DNA from: an uncultured Pelagibacteraceae bacterium | GTDB taxonomy: Bacteria > Pseudomonadota > Alphaproteobacteria > Pelagibacterales > Pelagibacteraceae | Assembly: GCA_902571055.1 (NCBI GenBank) | Contig: CACGAM010000003.1 | Span: 2,070-66,069, forward strand | DNA length: 64,000 nt | Reading direction: 5' to 3' | In this document: in pieces, positions 1 to 8,284 of the stretch | Layout of the letters: each line of letters begins with the position of its first letter | Position numbering within the stretch: position 1 is the stretch's first letter | Translations under genes and position numbers: made by a program | Notes under the pieces: model-generated | The model's database searches: none | The model's input: the letters and a program-made list of their open reading frames with translations, nothing else | What the model was told of the DNA's origin: nothing

Positions 1-189
1 TTATATTTTGGATTTGGTTTTATACCAACAGACGATATTGAATATGCTATGACTTTAGATAATAACAAAGCATCTTTAAGTTATAAGAGAGATTTAAATG
101 GTTTTGATATCAGAATGAGTTCGAATTATAGCTTGATGAGTCAAATACCTGAATATGGTGCAACCCTAGAAATTGTAAATACATTTTAG
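1..189 (+). CDS. 3' end of a probable outer-membrane beta-barrel/autotransporter-like protein (partial, starts before window)
   Basis: Frame +1 is open from base 1 to TAG at 187-189: LYFGFGFIPTDDIEYAMTLDNNKASLSYKRDLNGFDIRMSSNYSLMSQIPEYGATLEIVNTF; alternating hydrophobic pattern and terminal Phe resemble a BamA beta-signal. Confidence 0.55.
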   Translation, partial: LYFGFGFIPTDDIEYAMTLDNNKASLSYKRDLNGFDIRMSSNYSLMSQIPEYGATLEIVNTF

Positions 190-329
190 TAAATTTAACC
201 AAAACTCTATAGGATAATATGGGATAACTAAAACTAGACTAGAACCTAGGGAGATAAAATAAAAAAATTTTACTTATTCATCTTGTTCAATTATAAATAA
301 TGGCATAAACACTCATGAAAATAACTCAT

Positions 330-415
330 GCCCTCGTGGTGAAATTGGTAGACACAAAGGACTTAAAATCCTTGCCCTTTTGGGAGTGCCAGTTCGAGTC
401 TGGCCGAGGGCACCA
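330..415 (+). tRNA. tRNA-Leu(UAA)
   Basis: GCCCTCG acceptor pairs with CGAGGGC-A-CCA; anticodon arm AAGGA-CTTAAAA-TCCTT; long variable arm; GTTCGAG T-loop. Confidence 0.96.
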
Positions 416-423
416 CTCTATAA

Positions 424-1305
424 ATGAAAATTTTTGATTGTATAACATATTACAATGAGCCTATGCTTTTTGATCTTAGGCTCAATGTATTAAATCAATA
501 CGTGGATAAGTTTATAGTTATAGAGGCGAGACATTCACATAGTGGTAAAAAAAAAATTTTAAATTTTGATATTGAAAATTATAAAAAATTTAAAGATAAA
601 ATTATTTATAAAGTAATTGACAATGAACCTAGTGGAATAATTGAAATTAATGTGTCAGATTCGTTGGAAAAACAAAGTAACCAAAAAAGATTAAATAGTT
701 TAAAAAGAATAGAGCAATCTTATGATGCTGCAGTTGAATGTTTAAAAGATGCTAATTCAGATGATATATTTACTCTTAATGATAGCGATGAAATACCCAA
801 GTATGAAAATTTTAATTTTAAAAATATTAAAAATTATATTCTAATTGCTAAACTTAAATTGTGTTATTTTAAGTTTAATTTATATTACGATCTACACCCA
901 TGGTATGGTACAAGAGCTTGTAAAATTAAAAATTTACTCAGCCCAACATGGCTTAAATATATAAAGCCAAAAAAATACCCTTTATGGCGATTGGATACTT
1001 TTTTTTCTAAAACTAAATATATAAATGTAAAAGTTATAGAAGATGGTGGTTGGCATTTTTCAAATTTAAAATCTCCTGAGGAAATAGAGGATAAAATGCT
1101 TAACTTTGGTCACCATAATGAAGTTGAAGATAGCGGAATAGGCTTAAAAGATATAAAATCAATGATTAATGAAAAAAAAGTTATTTTTGCACACAATAGA
1201 AAGCCAAATGATCCAAGTATTAACTTATCAAGACTAACCAAAGACGATTTACCAAAATATGTATCTGAAAATTTAGACAAATATGATGATTGGATAGATA
1301 AATAA
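424..1305 (+). CDS. Glycosyltransferase family 17-like protein (GnT-III/MGAT3-like)
   Basis: Motifs KIFDCITYYNE..LRLNVL..VDKFIVIEA..SHSG, DSDEIP (DxD) and GGWHFS match GT17. Confidence 0.8.
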   Translation: MKIFDCITYYNEPMLFDLRLNVLNQYVDKFIVIEARHSHSGKKKILNFDIENYKKFKDKIIYKVIDNEPSGIIEINVSDSLEKQSNQKRLNSLKRIEQSYDAAVECLKDANSDDIFTLNDSDEIPKYENFNFKNIKNYILIAKLKLCYFKFNLYYDLHPWYGTRACKIKNLLSPTWLKYIKPKKYPLWRLDTFFSKTKYINVKVIEDGGWHFSNLKSPEEIEDKMLNFGHHNEVEDSGIGLKDIKSMINEKKVIFAHNRKPNDPSINLSRLTKDDLPKYVSENLDKYDDWIDK

Positions 1306-1309
1306 TCTT

Positions 1310-2071
1310 ATGAAATCAAGTAAAATGAAATATCAAACAATGTTAAGTGATTATTTAAACTACTTAAAAAGGAAAAAGATTTATTATAAAAAAAATCAAA
1401 TTCTATACGAGAACACAATCGAAAAATTATATAATTGGAAGAATTCAGATATTAACAAAATTATTAATTGGTATCAAAACGTCAGGAAAATAGATAAAAG
1501 TGTTGTTAAAAATATTCATTTAGAAAAGCTCAATAAATGGAATTACAATAAAAAAAAAGGTATCATAACGCATCAAAGTAAAAAATTTTTTATTGTTGAG
1601 GGAAAGAGAGTAATTAATTCAAATAGAGAAATTTCGAGTTGGGATCAGCCTTTTTTAACACAAGTGGGTTATAAAGGTGGAATAATTGGATTAGTAAGAT
1701 GTAAAATAAATTATATTCCACACTATTTAATAGATGCAAAATACGAGCCAGGTAACTATAACGACATACAATTAAGCCCTTCATTGCAAGGAACATATTC
1801 AAATCTTGATAGAGTTCATCATGGAGAGAGAAATAAAGTTTTAAATAAATTTTTTAAAAAGAATTTTAATACTATAAAGAAATTATGGGTGACTGAAGAT
1901 GGGGGAAGACTATTTAAAAAAAGAAATTTACATTGGATTATCGAATATAATGGAAAACCAGAGTTACCAAGCAAAAGATATAAATGGTTAACCCTTTGGG
2001 AAATAGATAAGCTAATTAAACATGGACCAATAGTAGGCCCACATTTAAGAGCTATACTAAGTTTGTTGTAA
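1310..2071 (+). CDS. NDP-hexose 2,3-dehydratase-like protein (single repeat)
   Basis: Motifs SSWDQPFL, AKYEPGN, QLSPSLQGTYSN, TEDGGRLFKKRN, WLTL of the EvaA/TylX3/OleV-type dehydratase repeat. Confidence 0.8.
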   Translation: MKSSKMKYQTMLSDYLNYLKRKKIYYKKNQILYENTIEKLYNWKNSDINKIINWYQNVRKIDKSVVKNIHLEKLNKWNYNKKKGIITHQSKKFFIVEGKRVINSNREISSWDQPFLTQVGYKGGIIGLVRCKINYIPHYLIDAKYEPGNYNDIQLSPSLQGTYSNLDRVHHGERNKVLNKFFKKNFNTIKKLWVTEDGGRLFKKRNLHWIIEYNGKPELPSKRYKWLTLWEIDKLIKHGPIVGPHLRAILSLL

Positions 2072-2074
2072 ATA

Positions 2075-3013
2075 ATGATTAAAAAAACTATAGGAATTAT
2101 TGGTCCCGGATATCATTTTGAAAAAAATATAATATCTGTATTAGCAAAAAATAGTTCTTTAAAAATTAGTGGTATTTTAAGAAATAAAAAAAAAAAATAC
2201 AAAAATTTTAAAACTCTCAGTGAAGACAAATTTTTTAAAGAAAATTTCGATTTTGTTTATATAAGTTGTCCAAATAAATTACACGAAAAGTATATTATTA
2301 AATCATTAAAATCTGGTTTTCATGTAATTTGTGAAAAACCATTTCTTACCGATAGTAATAAACTAAAAGAAATATTATTTTTATCAAAAAAGAAAAAAAA
2401 GCTAATTTTTGAAACATTTATGCATTTATATCATCCTATTTTTCATAAATTAAAGAAATTAATAAATGAAAAAAAAAGAGGGAAACTAAGATATATTGTA
2501 TCTAACTTTAGATTTCCGTCACTTAATAAAGATAATCATAGATATAAAAAAAAATTGGGTGGTGGTTTTTTTTACGACGCTGCTGTTTATCAGCTATCAG
2601 TCGAAAATTATTTATTTAATAACGTTTCAATTAATAAAAAGAAAATAGAACAAATAAAGATTAGAAGAGAGGTAGATTTAAAAGGATACTTTGGAATTAA
2701 AAATAAAAAATTTCATAGATTTTATTTTTGGGGAGAGGGACAAAATTATACAAACAATATTGAATTTTTTTTTAACAATTCATGTATTTATGTAGATAGG
2801 TTTTTTAGCAAATTAAAAAATAAACCTACGTATATTAAAATATTTGAAAATAATAAAATTAAGGTAATAAAATTTAATAAAAATGTAGACCATTTCAAGA
2901 ATATGTTTTACGAAATCCTAAGAAATTATAACAAATTATCATTTCAAAATTACCATAGACAAAGAATATCTAACCAAATTAAATTGATAAATACAATAAG
3001 TAGTATTAAATAA
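2075..3013 (+). CDS. Gfo/Idh/MocA oxidoreductase, probable NDP-hexose 3-ketoreductase
   Basis: Rossmann GIIGPG, HVICEKP, LGGGFFYDAAVY; directly downstream of the 2,3-dehydratase. Confidence 0.78.
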   Translation: MIKKTIGIIGPGYHFEKNIISVLAKNSSLKISGILRNKKKKYKNFKTLSEDKFFKENFDFVYISCPNKLHEKYIIKSLKSGFHVICEKPFLTDSNKLKEILFLSKKKKKLIFETFMHLYHPIFHKLKKLINEKKRGKLRYIVSNFRFPSLNKDNHRYKKKLGGGFFYDAAVYQLSVENYLFNNVSINKKKIEQIKIRREVDLKGYFGIKNKKFHRFYFWGEGQNYTNNIEFFFNNSCIYVDRFFSKLKNKPTYIKIFENNKIKVIKFNKNVDHFKNMFYEILRNYNKLSFQNYHRQRISNQIKLINTISSIK

Positions 3014-3019
3014 TTATCT

Positions 3020-3811
3020 ATGAAAACCAATTTATTTAGTAAAAATAAAATTCAAATAATTTCAGATAACAACAAGAAATCCATTAAAATTAAAAATATT
3101 ATATCTAAGAAAATACTTAAACACACGAAATATAAATTTAATATTATAATAGTAATAGGTGGCGATGGCTTTATGTTAGAGACTTTAAAAAAGAATATTA
3201 GTAAAAAAAAATATTTTTATGGAATTAATTCTGGTAATTATGGGTTCCTTATGAATAAGTTTTCTACAAAAAATTTATTAAGTAAATTAAATAGCTCAAA
3301 GCTAATTTCTATATCTCCATTAGAAATGAATGTTAAAAATAAAAACAATAAAGTTAAAAAATATCTTGCAATAAACGAAGTTTCAATTTTAAGGCAAAGT
3401 AGACAGGCAGCATCAATTTCAATTTATAACGGCTCGAAACCAATAATAAAAGAATTAATGTCAGATGGTGTTTTAGTTTCAACCCCCGCAGGTAGTACAG
3501 CTTATAATTTATCAGTCCATGGACCTATTTTAAGTTTAAATTCAAAAAAATTATCTATTTCTCCGATTAGTGCGTTTAGACCTAGAAGATGGAAGGGTAA
3601 AATTATTAGTGATAAATCAAAGATATTAATTAAAAATTTGAATTTTAAAAAGAGACCATTAAGTGCTGTGGCTGATAACGTGGAAGTGAGAAATGCAAAA
3701 ATAATTTCTGTTAGAACTAACAAAAAAATAAAATTCAATCTTTTATATGATAAAAATCGAAGTCTACAAAAAAAAATTAAAATAGAACAACTTCGTCGCG
3801 ACATAAAATAG
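3020..3811 (+). CDS. nadK: NAD kinase
   Basis: GGDGF, GINSGNYGFL, AINEVSI, DGVLVSTPAGSTAYNLS motifs. Confidence 0.95.
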   Translation: MKTNLFSKNKIQIISDNNKKSIKIKNIISKKILKHTKYKFNIIIVIGGDGFMLETLKKNISKKKYFYGINSGNYGFLMNKFSTKNLLSKLNSSKLISISPLEMNVKNKNNKVKKYLAINEVSILRQSRQAASISIYNGSKPIIKELMSDGVLVSTPAGSTAYNLSVHGPILSLNSKKLSISPISAFRPRRWKGKIISDKSKILIKNLNFKKRPLSAVADNVEVRNAKIISVRTNKKIKFNLLYDKNRSLQKKIKIEQLRRDIK

Positions 3812-3840
3812 TTATCTTAAAATTTCTATTAATATAGGGT

Positions 3841-3846
3841 TATAAT
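3841..3846 (+). promoter_or_regulatory. Putative sigma70 -10 box (TATAAT) of the TPR/DUF560-FecR cassette
   Basis: Perfect TATAAT 10 nt upstream of the ATG at 3857 in a 45-bp spacer; no good -35 seen; AT-rich background lowers specificity. Confidence 0.4.
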
Positions 3847-3856
3847 ATAAAATTTT

Positions 3857-5239
3857 ATGAATATAAAAAATGCTAAGCTTTTTAGTTTAATTATCTCTTT
3901 ATTATTAATTTTTAATTCAAAAGCGATATCTTCAATTATTACATACAAAGAAATATTAGATAATCCTACAGATTTAGAATTAAATTTAAATTATGCAAAG
4001 CAGCAAGAAAAATCTGGTAATGTTAAATCAACAATAGCAACTTTGGAAAGACTAAGCATTCTTTATCCAAAAAATGCAGATATCAAACTATACCTTTTAT
4101 CTATTCTATTAAAAATGGACTCAAAAGTTAAAGTTGATTTGATGGTTAGCACTATGCTTAATGATCCTAATACTTCTGATGAGACTAAAAAATTAATTGC
4201 TGAATTGTTGACTGATGAAAAATTTGAGAAAGAAGAGCCAAAAAAATGGTTTGCATACATGGATTTTACTTATTCAGGCACTGAAGAAGATAATATCAGT
4301 GGAAGAACCAAATCCGGAAAAGTATTAGCTGTTGATGGAGATGAAAATGAAACATTATTACCTTTTACCGCAAATGATAGTGGACATCACAAAAGCACTA
4401 TGGAATACGATAAAACTTATACAAGAGGAACCTCACTTACTATAGGAAGAATTTTAGATCAAACTTCTTCTTTGTATTTAAATCTTGGATCTAATTTTAA
4501 TACCAACAACAAAAAACACAAAGGTGAAAGTGATATTTATTCAAGCTCAATAAGTTACTTTAAAGCTTATAAAAATCATTATTTTTCACCATATGTTTAT
4601 TTCAATAATCCAAATTATAGAAGGCAAGAGGACTATCAAGAAAAAGGGGTAGGAATTAATAATACATATATTTTTAATGATAAATTTAATTTAAATTATG
4701 CTTTGAGTTACTCAGACTCTAGATATCATTCAAGACCAAATCCTGTTGTTGCTGGTATTCAATTGTTTAAAGAGGCCGGTGATAATAACAATAACGAAGC
4801 TTATTCTGCATCAATTAGGCTAAATCATAATATATCAAATAAAACTCAAATAAGCACAAAATTAATATATGGCAAAACAGATCATGCAAAAGAATTTCAT
4901 AGTTACGAGTCTAATGGTGTAAATTTTCGAGCATCTAGAATTTTTTCATTCGGAACTTTATCAGCGTCAGCTACTTATTTATATAATGCTTATCAAGCTA
5001 AAAATAATGCTATATCAATGTTACGTTATAGAAATGACAGAAGTTTAGTAACAAATATTTCTTTGAGAGGTGATATAAATCAAATATTACCTTTTTTAAG
5101 AAAAATAAATAAGGATAATACAACCTTTTATACTTTAAGTTTTAGAGAATCTAATGTAAATTCTAGCTTACCCAACTACGAAATTAAAAGAGCATTTAAA
5201 ACTATAGGGATAACAAAAAGACTTAATTTTAATGACTAA
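3857..5239 (+). CDS. Signal peptide + TPR domain + outer-membrane beta-barrel; DUF560/Slam (type XI secretion)-like transporter
   Basis: Signal peptide; TPR-like segment ILDNPTDLELNLNYAKQQEKSGNVKSTIATLERLSILYPKNADIKLYL; then W-x-x-Y...EDNI and many Tyr/Gly/Ser amphipathic strands ending IGITKRLNF. Confidence 0.65.
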   Translation: MNIKNAKLFSLIISLLLIFNSKAISSIITYKEILDNPTDLELNLNYAKQQEKSGNVKSTIATLERLSILYPKNADIKLYLLSILLKMDSKVKVDLMVSTMLNDPNTSDETKKLIAELLTDEKFEKEEPKKWFAYMDFTYSGTEEDNISGRTKSGKVLAVDGDENETLLPFTANDSGHHKSTMEYDKTYTRGTSLTIGRILDQTSSLYLNLGSNFNTNNKKHKGESDIYSSSISYFKAYKNHYFSPYVYFNNPNYRRQEDYQEKGVGINNTYIFNDKFNLNYALSYSDSRYHSRPNPVVAGIQLFKEAGDNNNNEAYSASIRLNHNISNKTQISTKLIYGKTDHAKEFHSYESNGVNFRASRIFSFGTLSASATYLYNAYQAKNNAISMLRYRNDRSLVTNISLRGDINQILPFLRKINKDNTTFYTLSFRESNVNSSLPNYEIKRAFKTIGITKRLNFND

Positions 5240-5801
5240 AAAATTTTTATTAACAATTTTTATTTTTTTAAGTTTTATAACTAAATCTATTAGTAGTGAA
5301 TTCATAGGAGTGATAGGGGTTGCTGTCGGAGATATAAATAATCAAAAAAATGAAAAATTAATAAACGGTTCTAAAGTGTTTTTTGGTGATACTATATTTG
5401 TAAAGTCAAAATCTAATGCTCAAATATTATTTTTAGATGAAACAGTAATGACAGTTGGAGAAAATACCGAATTAACAATAGATGATTTTGTTTATGACCC
5501 AAAAACTGATGATGGAAATTTTGTTACAAATATAAAGTCAGGAACAGTAAAGTTTATTACTGGTAAAATCAGCAAGAAAAATCCAGATAACTTAGAGGTT
5601 AAAATGCCTGCGGGAACTTTAGGCGCAAGAGGGACAGAATTTCTTGTATCTTCAAATTCAGATAAAGAAACCACAGTATTATTATTAGGCCCTGGACCAG
5701 ATAATACTTTAGGGATGATCCCGGGAAATATTCAACTTTCAGACGGATTAAATATGACTGATATAACCAAACCTGGTTTTCAAGCAATGGTAAAAAATTA
5801 A
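5232..5801 (+). CDS. Secreted FecR-domain protein
   Basis: Signal peptide then GDTIFV..SNAQILFLDETVMTVGENTELTIDDFVYDP...GTVKFITGKISK...MPAGTLGARGTEF (FecR domain with RGT motif); no cytoplasmic anti-sigma region. Confidence 0.88.
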   Translation: MTKKFLLTIFIFLSFITKSISSEFIGVIGVAVGDINNQKNEKLINGSKVFFGDTIFVKSKSNAQILFLDETVMTVGENTELTIDDFVYDPKTDDGNFVTNIKSGTVKFITGKISKKNPDNLEVKMPAGTLGARGTEFLVSSNSDKETTVLLLGPGPDNTLGMIPGNIQLSDGLNMTDITKPGFQAMVKN

Positions 5802-6836
5802 ATGAAAAATTTTAAAATTATATTTAAATCTATTTTATTTATTGCTACCTACTTTAGTTATTCTTATGCAGTGGTATCGACACCAACTCCTGCCACAACA
5901 AACATAGTAAATCAAATGTCCAGTTCAATGAGTCATTCCGTAGTTAATTCAAGCAATGTTATAAACAACTCTCAAAATGTTACATCTAATTTAATAAATT
6001 CAACAAATTTAAAACAAGATATAAAAGAAAATGCTGAAAAATTAGATTTAAAAGTCGACGAGGGTGCTTTATCAGCTTTATCTAATGTGTCATCAGACTC
6101 TAAAGAAATTTCTAAAGAAATGGAAAAGATGAAAGATAACATCGAAGAAAAAGATCATGACTATGTAATGACATTAGACCAAGATGTAGTTGTTTATGAC
6201 TCTGGTTGGTTTACACTTGAAAGAGTTGAGACTGGATCTAATGGATTAACTTATAATAAACCATCTACTTCAGATGTATTTGCAGACGCAGTTCAAGAGG
6301 GAAGAGGAAAAGTTTATGTTAACTTTAACAAAAAAGAAATGAGCGCCGATATGTATACAAGAATAACTTTAAAAGGCGCATCACAAGTTCAACATGAATG
6401 GAACACAGGCTCAGCAGGTATAACCTCTCTACCAGTTGTAGCATCCACGGTTAAAGGATTAAAGTCAGATGGAAACACCGACTTCGACGAATTTGTAGAT
6501 GTAAATTCATCAATGCAAATTTCACCAACTGAACTTGCAGCTAATTATACTTGCGATACTGGTTGTAAAAGTAAACAAGAGTTAATGGACTGGTATAACC
6601 ATGACACAAATAATTCTGATGCAGATAAAAGATTGTTTTTCTACGGGAAATTTACAACTGTTGATGCTTCTGGATCAACAGGAAATGGACAGATCATTAT
6701 TGAGGGTGCACATGACCTTGAAGCCGGTACAGGCACAATGGCACCACTTGGTGGTAAAAGTCAAACACAGGTTTATATTGAGTCTATAGAGAGATTAGAA
6801 GGTTCTGCAACAATTGTTGGAAAAGCTTTAGAATAA
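5802..6836 (+). CDS. Secreted hypothetical protein, putative TbpB-like beta-barrel cargo
   Basis: Signal peptide ending SYA; Ser/Asn/Thr-rich and charged linker; C-terminal beta-rich domain with GKVYVNFNKKEMSA and FFYGKF segments reminiscent of TbpB-type barrels; one CxxxC. Confidence 0.5.
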   Translation: MKNFKIIFKSILFIATYFSYSYAVVSTPTPATTNIVNQMSSSMSHSVVNSSNVINNSQNVTSNLINSTNLKQDIKENAEKLDLKVDEGALSALSNVSSDSKEISKEMEKMKDNIEEKDHDYVMTLDQDVVVYDSGWFTLERVETGSNGLTYNKPSTSDVFADAVQEGRGKVYVNFNKKEMSADMYTRITLKGASQVQHEWNTGSAGITSLPVVASTVKGLKSDGNTDFDEFVDVNSSMQISPTELAANYTCDTGCKSKQELMDWYNHDTNNSDADKRLFFYGKFTTVDASGSTGNGQIIIEGAHDLEAGTGTMAPLGGKSQTQVYIESIERLEGSATIVGKALE

Positions 6837-6844
6837 TTTTTTAG

Positions 6845-6920
6845 TGGTGCCCCCGCACGGATTCGAACCGCGGACCTATTGATTACAAATCAATTGCTCT
6901 ACCAACTGAGCTACAAGGGC
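6845..6920 (-). tRNA. tRNA-Thr(UGU)
   Basis: Reverse complement GCCCTTGTAGCTCAGTTGGTAGAGCAATTGATTTGTAATCAATAGGTCCGCGGTTCGAATCCGTGCGGGGGCACCA; anticodon TGT. Confidence 0.96.
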
Positions 6921-7039
6921 ATAAACAAAAATCTTAATATACTAAAATCTCATATATTTCTATTTTAAATTTAATTTATTTTAAGTCATTTTTTGATAAG
7001 TTCATTTAAACATAATTTAAAAAAATCAATAAATTAAAT

Positions 7040-8284
7040 ATGATAAGCAAACATAATATAAAAGATGGTTTTATAAATTATTGTCAAATTTGTGGAAGTA
7101 AAAAAATTAAAAATGTATTAGATTTAGGTCATCAACCCTTGGCTGACGATTTAAAAAATTTTGGTTCTAATAAACTAGGTACAAACTTTTATCCAATATC
7201 AATTGGTTTTTGCAAAAAGTGTATTTTATTACAAAATAATTACATCGTTGATGATAGAATTCTATATACCAAAAATTATCATTATAGACCAGGTATTACT
7301 AAAGATGTTGTTAATAACTTTAAAGAAATGTCTTTAAAATTATTAAAACTTTATAAACTAAATTCAAACAGCGTTGTTGCTGATATAGGTTGTAACGACG
7401 GTTCATTGCTTAAAGAATTTAAAAGTTTGGGTATATTAAAAACAGTTGGAATTGATCCAACCAATACAATCAAATATGCACCAAGATATATAAAAACAAT
7501 ACAAGATTTTATGAATTTAAAATGTTCAAAAAAAGCTTTAAATTTTTACGGTAAAATGGATTTAATAACAACAACAAATGTATTTGCGCACACAAATAAA
7601 CTGAAAGATTTTATTTTAGGAGTTAAAAAATTAATTAAAAAAGATGGAGTATTTGTAATTGAAAATCACTACTTAGGAGCAATAATTAAAAAAAAACAGT
7701 TTGATAGTTTTTACCACGAACATTTACGTACATATTCATTAAAAAGTTTAATTAATTTATTAAAATATTATGGTTTTAAAATAATTGATGCATATACAAC
7801 AGACAGATATGGCGGAAATATCCAGGCACACTTTACGTTAGGAAATAGAAAAAAATCTAATAAAATAAAAAAAATATTAATACATGAAAAAAAAGAAAAA
7901 CTAGATAAAGAGATAACTTATAAAAAATTAAATAATGAAATAGGTGATATTGATTTAAAAATAAGCAAATTTTTAGATAAAAATAAAAATAAGAAAATTG
8001 TAGCAAAAGCATTTCCAGCTAGGGCGTCTATATTAATTCATAGATTTAGTGGCATAAAAAATCATATAGCCTTTGTTGGTGAACAACCCACATCTTTAAA
8101 ACTCAATAAGTTTGTGCCTGGTACAAATATACAAATACTTTCTAGTAAAAGATTTAAAAAGTATAAACCTGATATTATGATAATCCTAGCTTGGCATTTG
8201 TTTGATACTATTTACAAAAAGTGGAAACCTAAATTAAAAAAAACTAAATTTGTTCAAATTTTACCAAATTTTAAAATATATTAA
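7040..8284 (+). CDS. NDP-sugar C-methyltransferase (TylCIII/NovU-like, Zn-binding N-terminus)
   Basis: CQICGS..LDLGHQPLAD..FCKKC Zn domain, DIGCNDGSLL SAM motif, NVFAH, FDSFYHEHL, C-terminal ILAWH. Confidence 0.85.
   Translation: MISKHNIKDGFINYCQICGSKKIKNVLDLGHQPLADDLKNFGSNKLGTNFYPISIGFCKKCILLQNNYIVDDRILYTKNYHYRPGITKDVVNNFKEMSLKLLKLYKLNSNSVVADIGCNDGSLLKEFKSLGILKTVGIDPTNTIKYAPRYIKTIQDFMNLKCSKKALNFYGKMDLITTTNVFAHTNKLKDFILGVKKLIKKDGVFVIENHYLGAIIKKKQFDSFYHEHLRTYSLKSLINLLKYYGFKIIDAYTTDRYGGNIQAHFTLGNRKKSNKIKKILIHEKKEKLDKEITYKKLNNEIGDIDLKISKFLDKNKNKKIVAKAFPARASILIHRFSGIKNHIAFVGEQPTSLKLNKFVPGTNIQILSSKRFKKYKPDIMIILAWHLFDTIYKKWKPKLKKTKFVQILPNFKIY

Noticed and set aside
190-329. Possible small gene or repeat element in the spacer before tRNA-Leu (CTAG-rich stretch, ACTCATG twice)
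   Set aside because: No credible start-to-stop ORF found and the repeats are too short to be significant; probably the tRNA promoter region
3812-3856. Fur/Irr-type iron box upstream of the Slam-like cassette
   Set aside because: Only loose AT-rich similarity and no convincing palindrome
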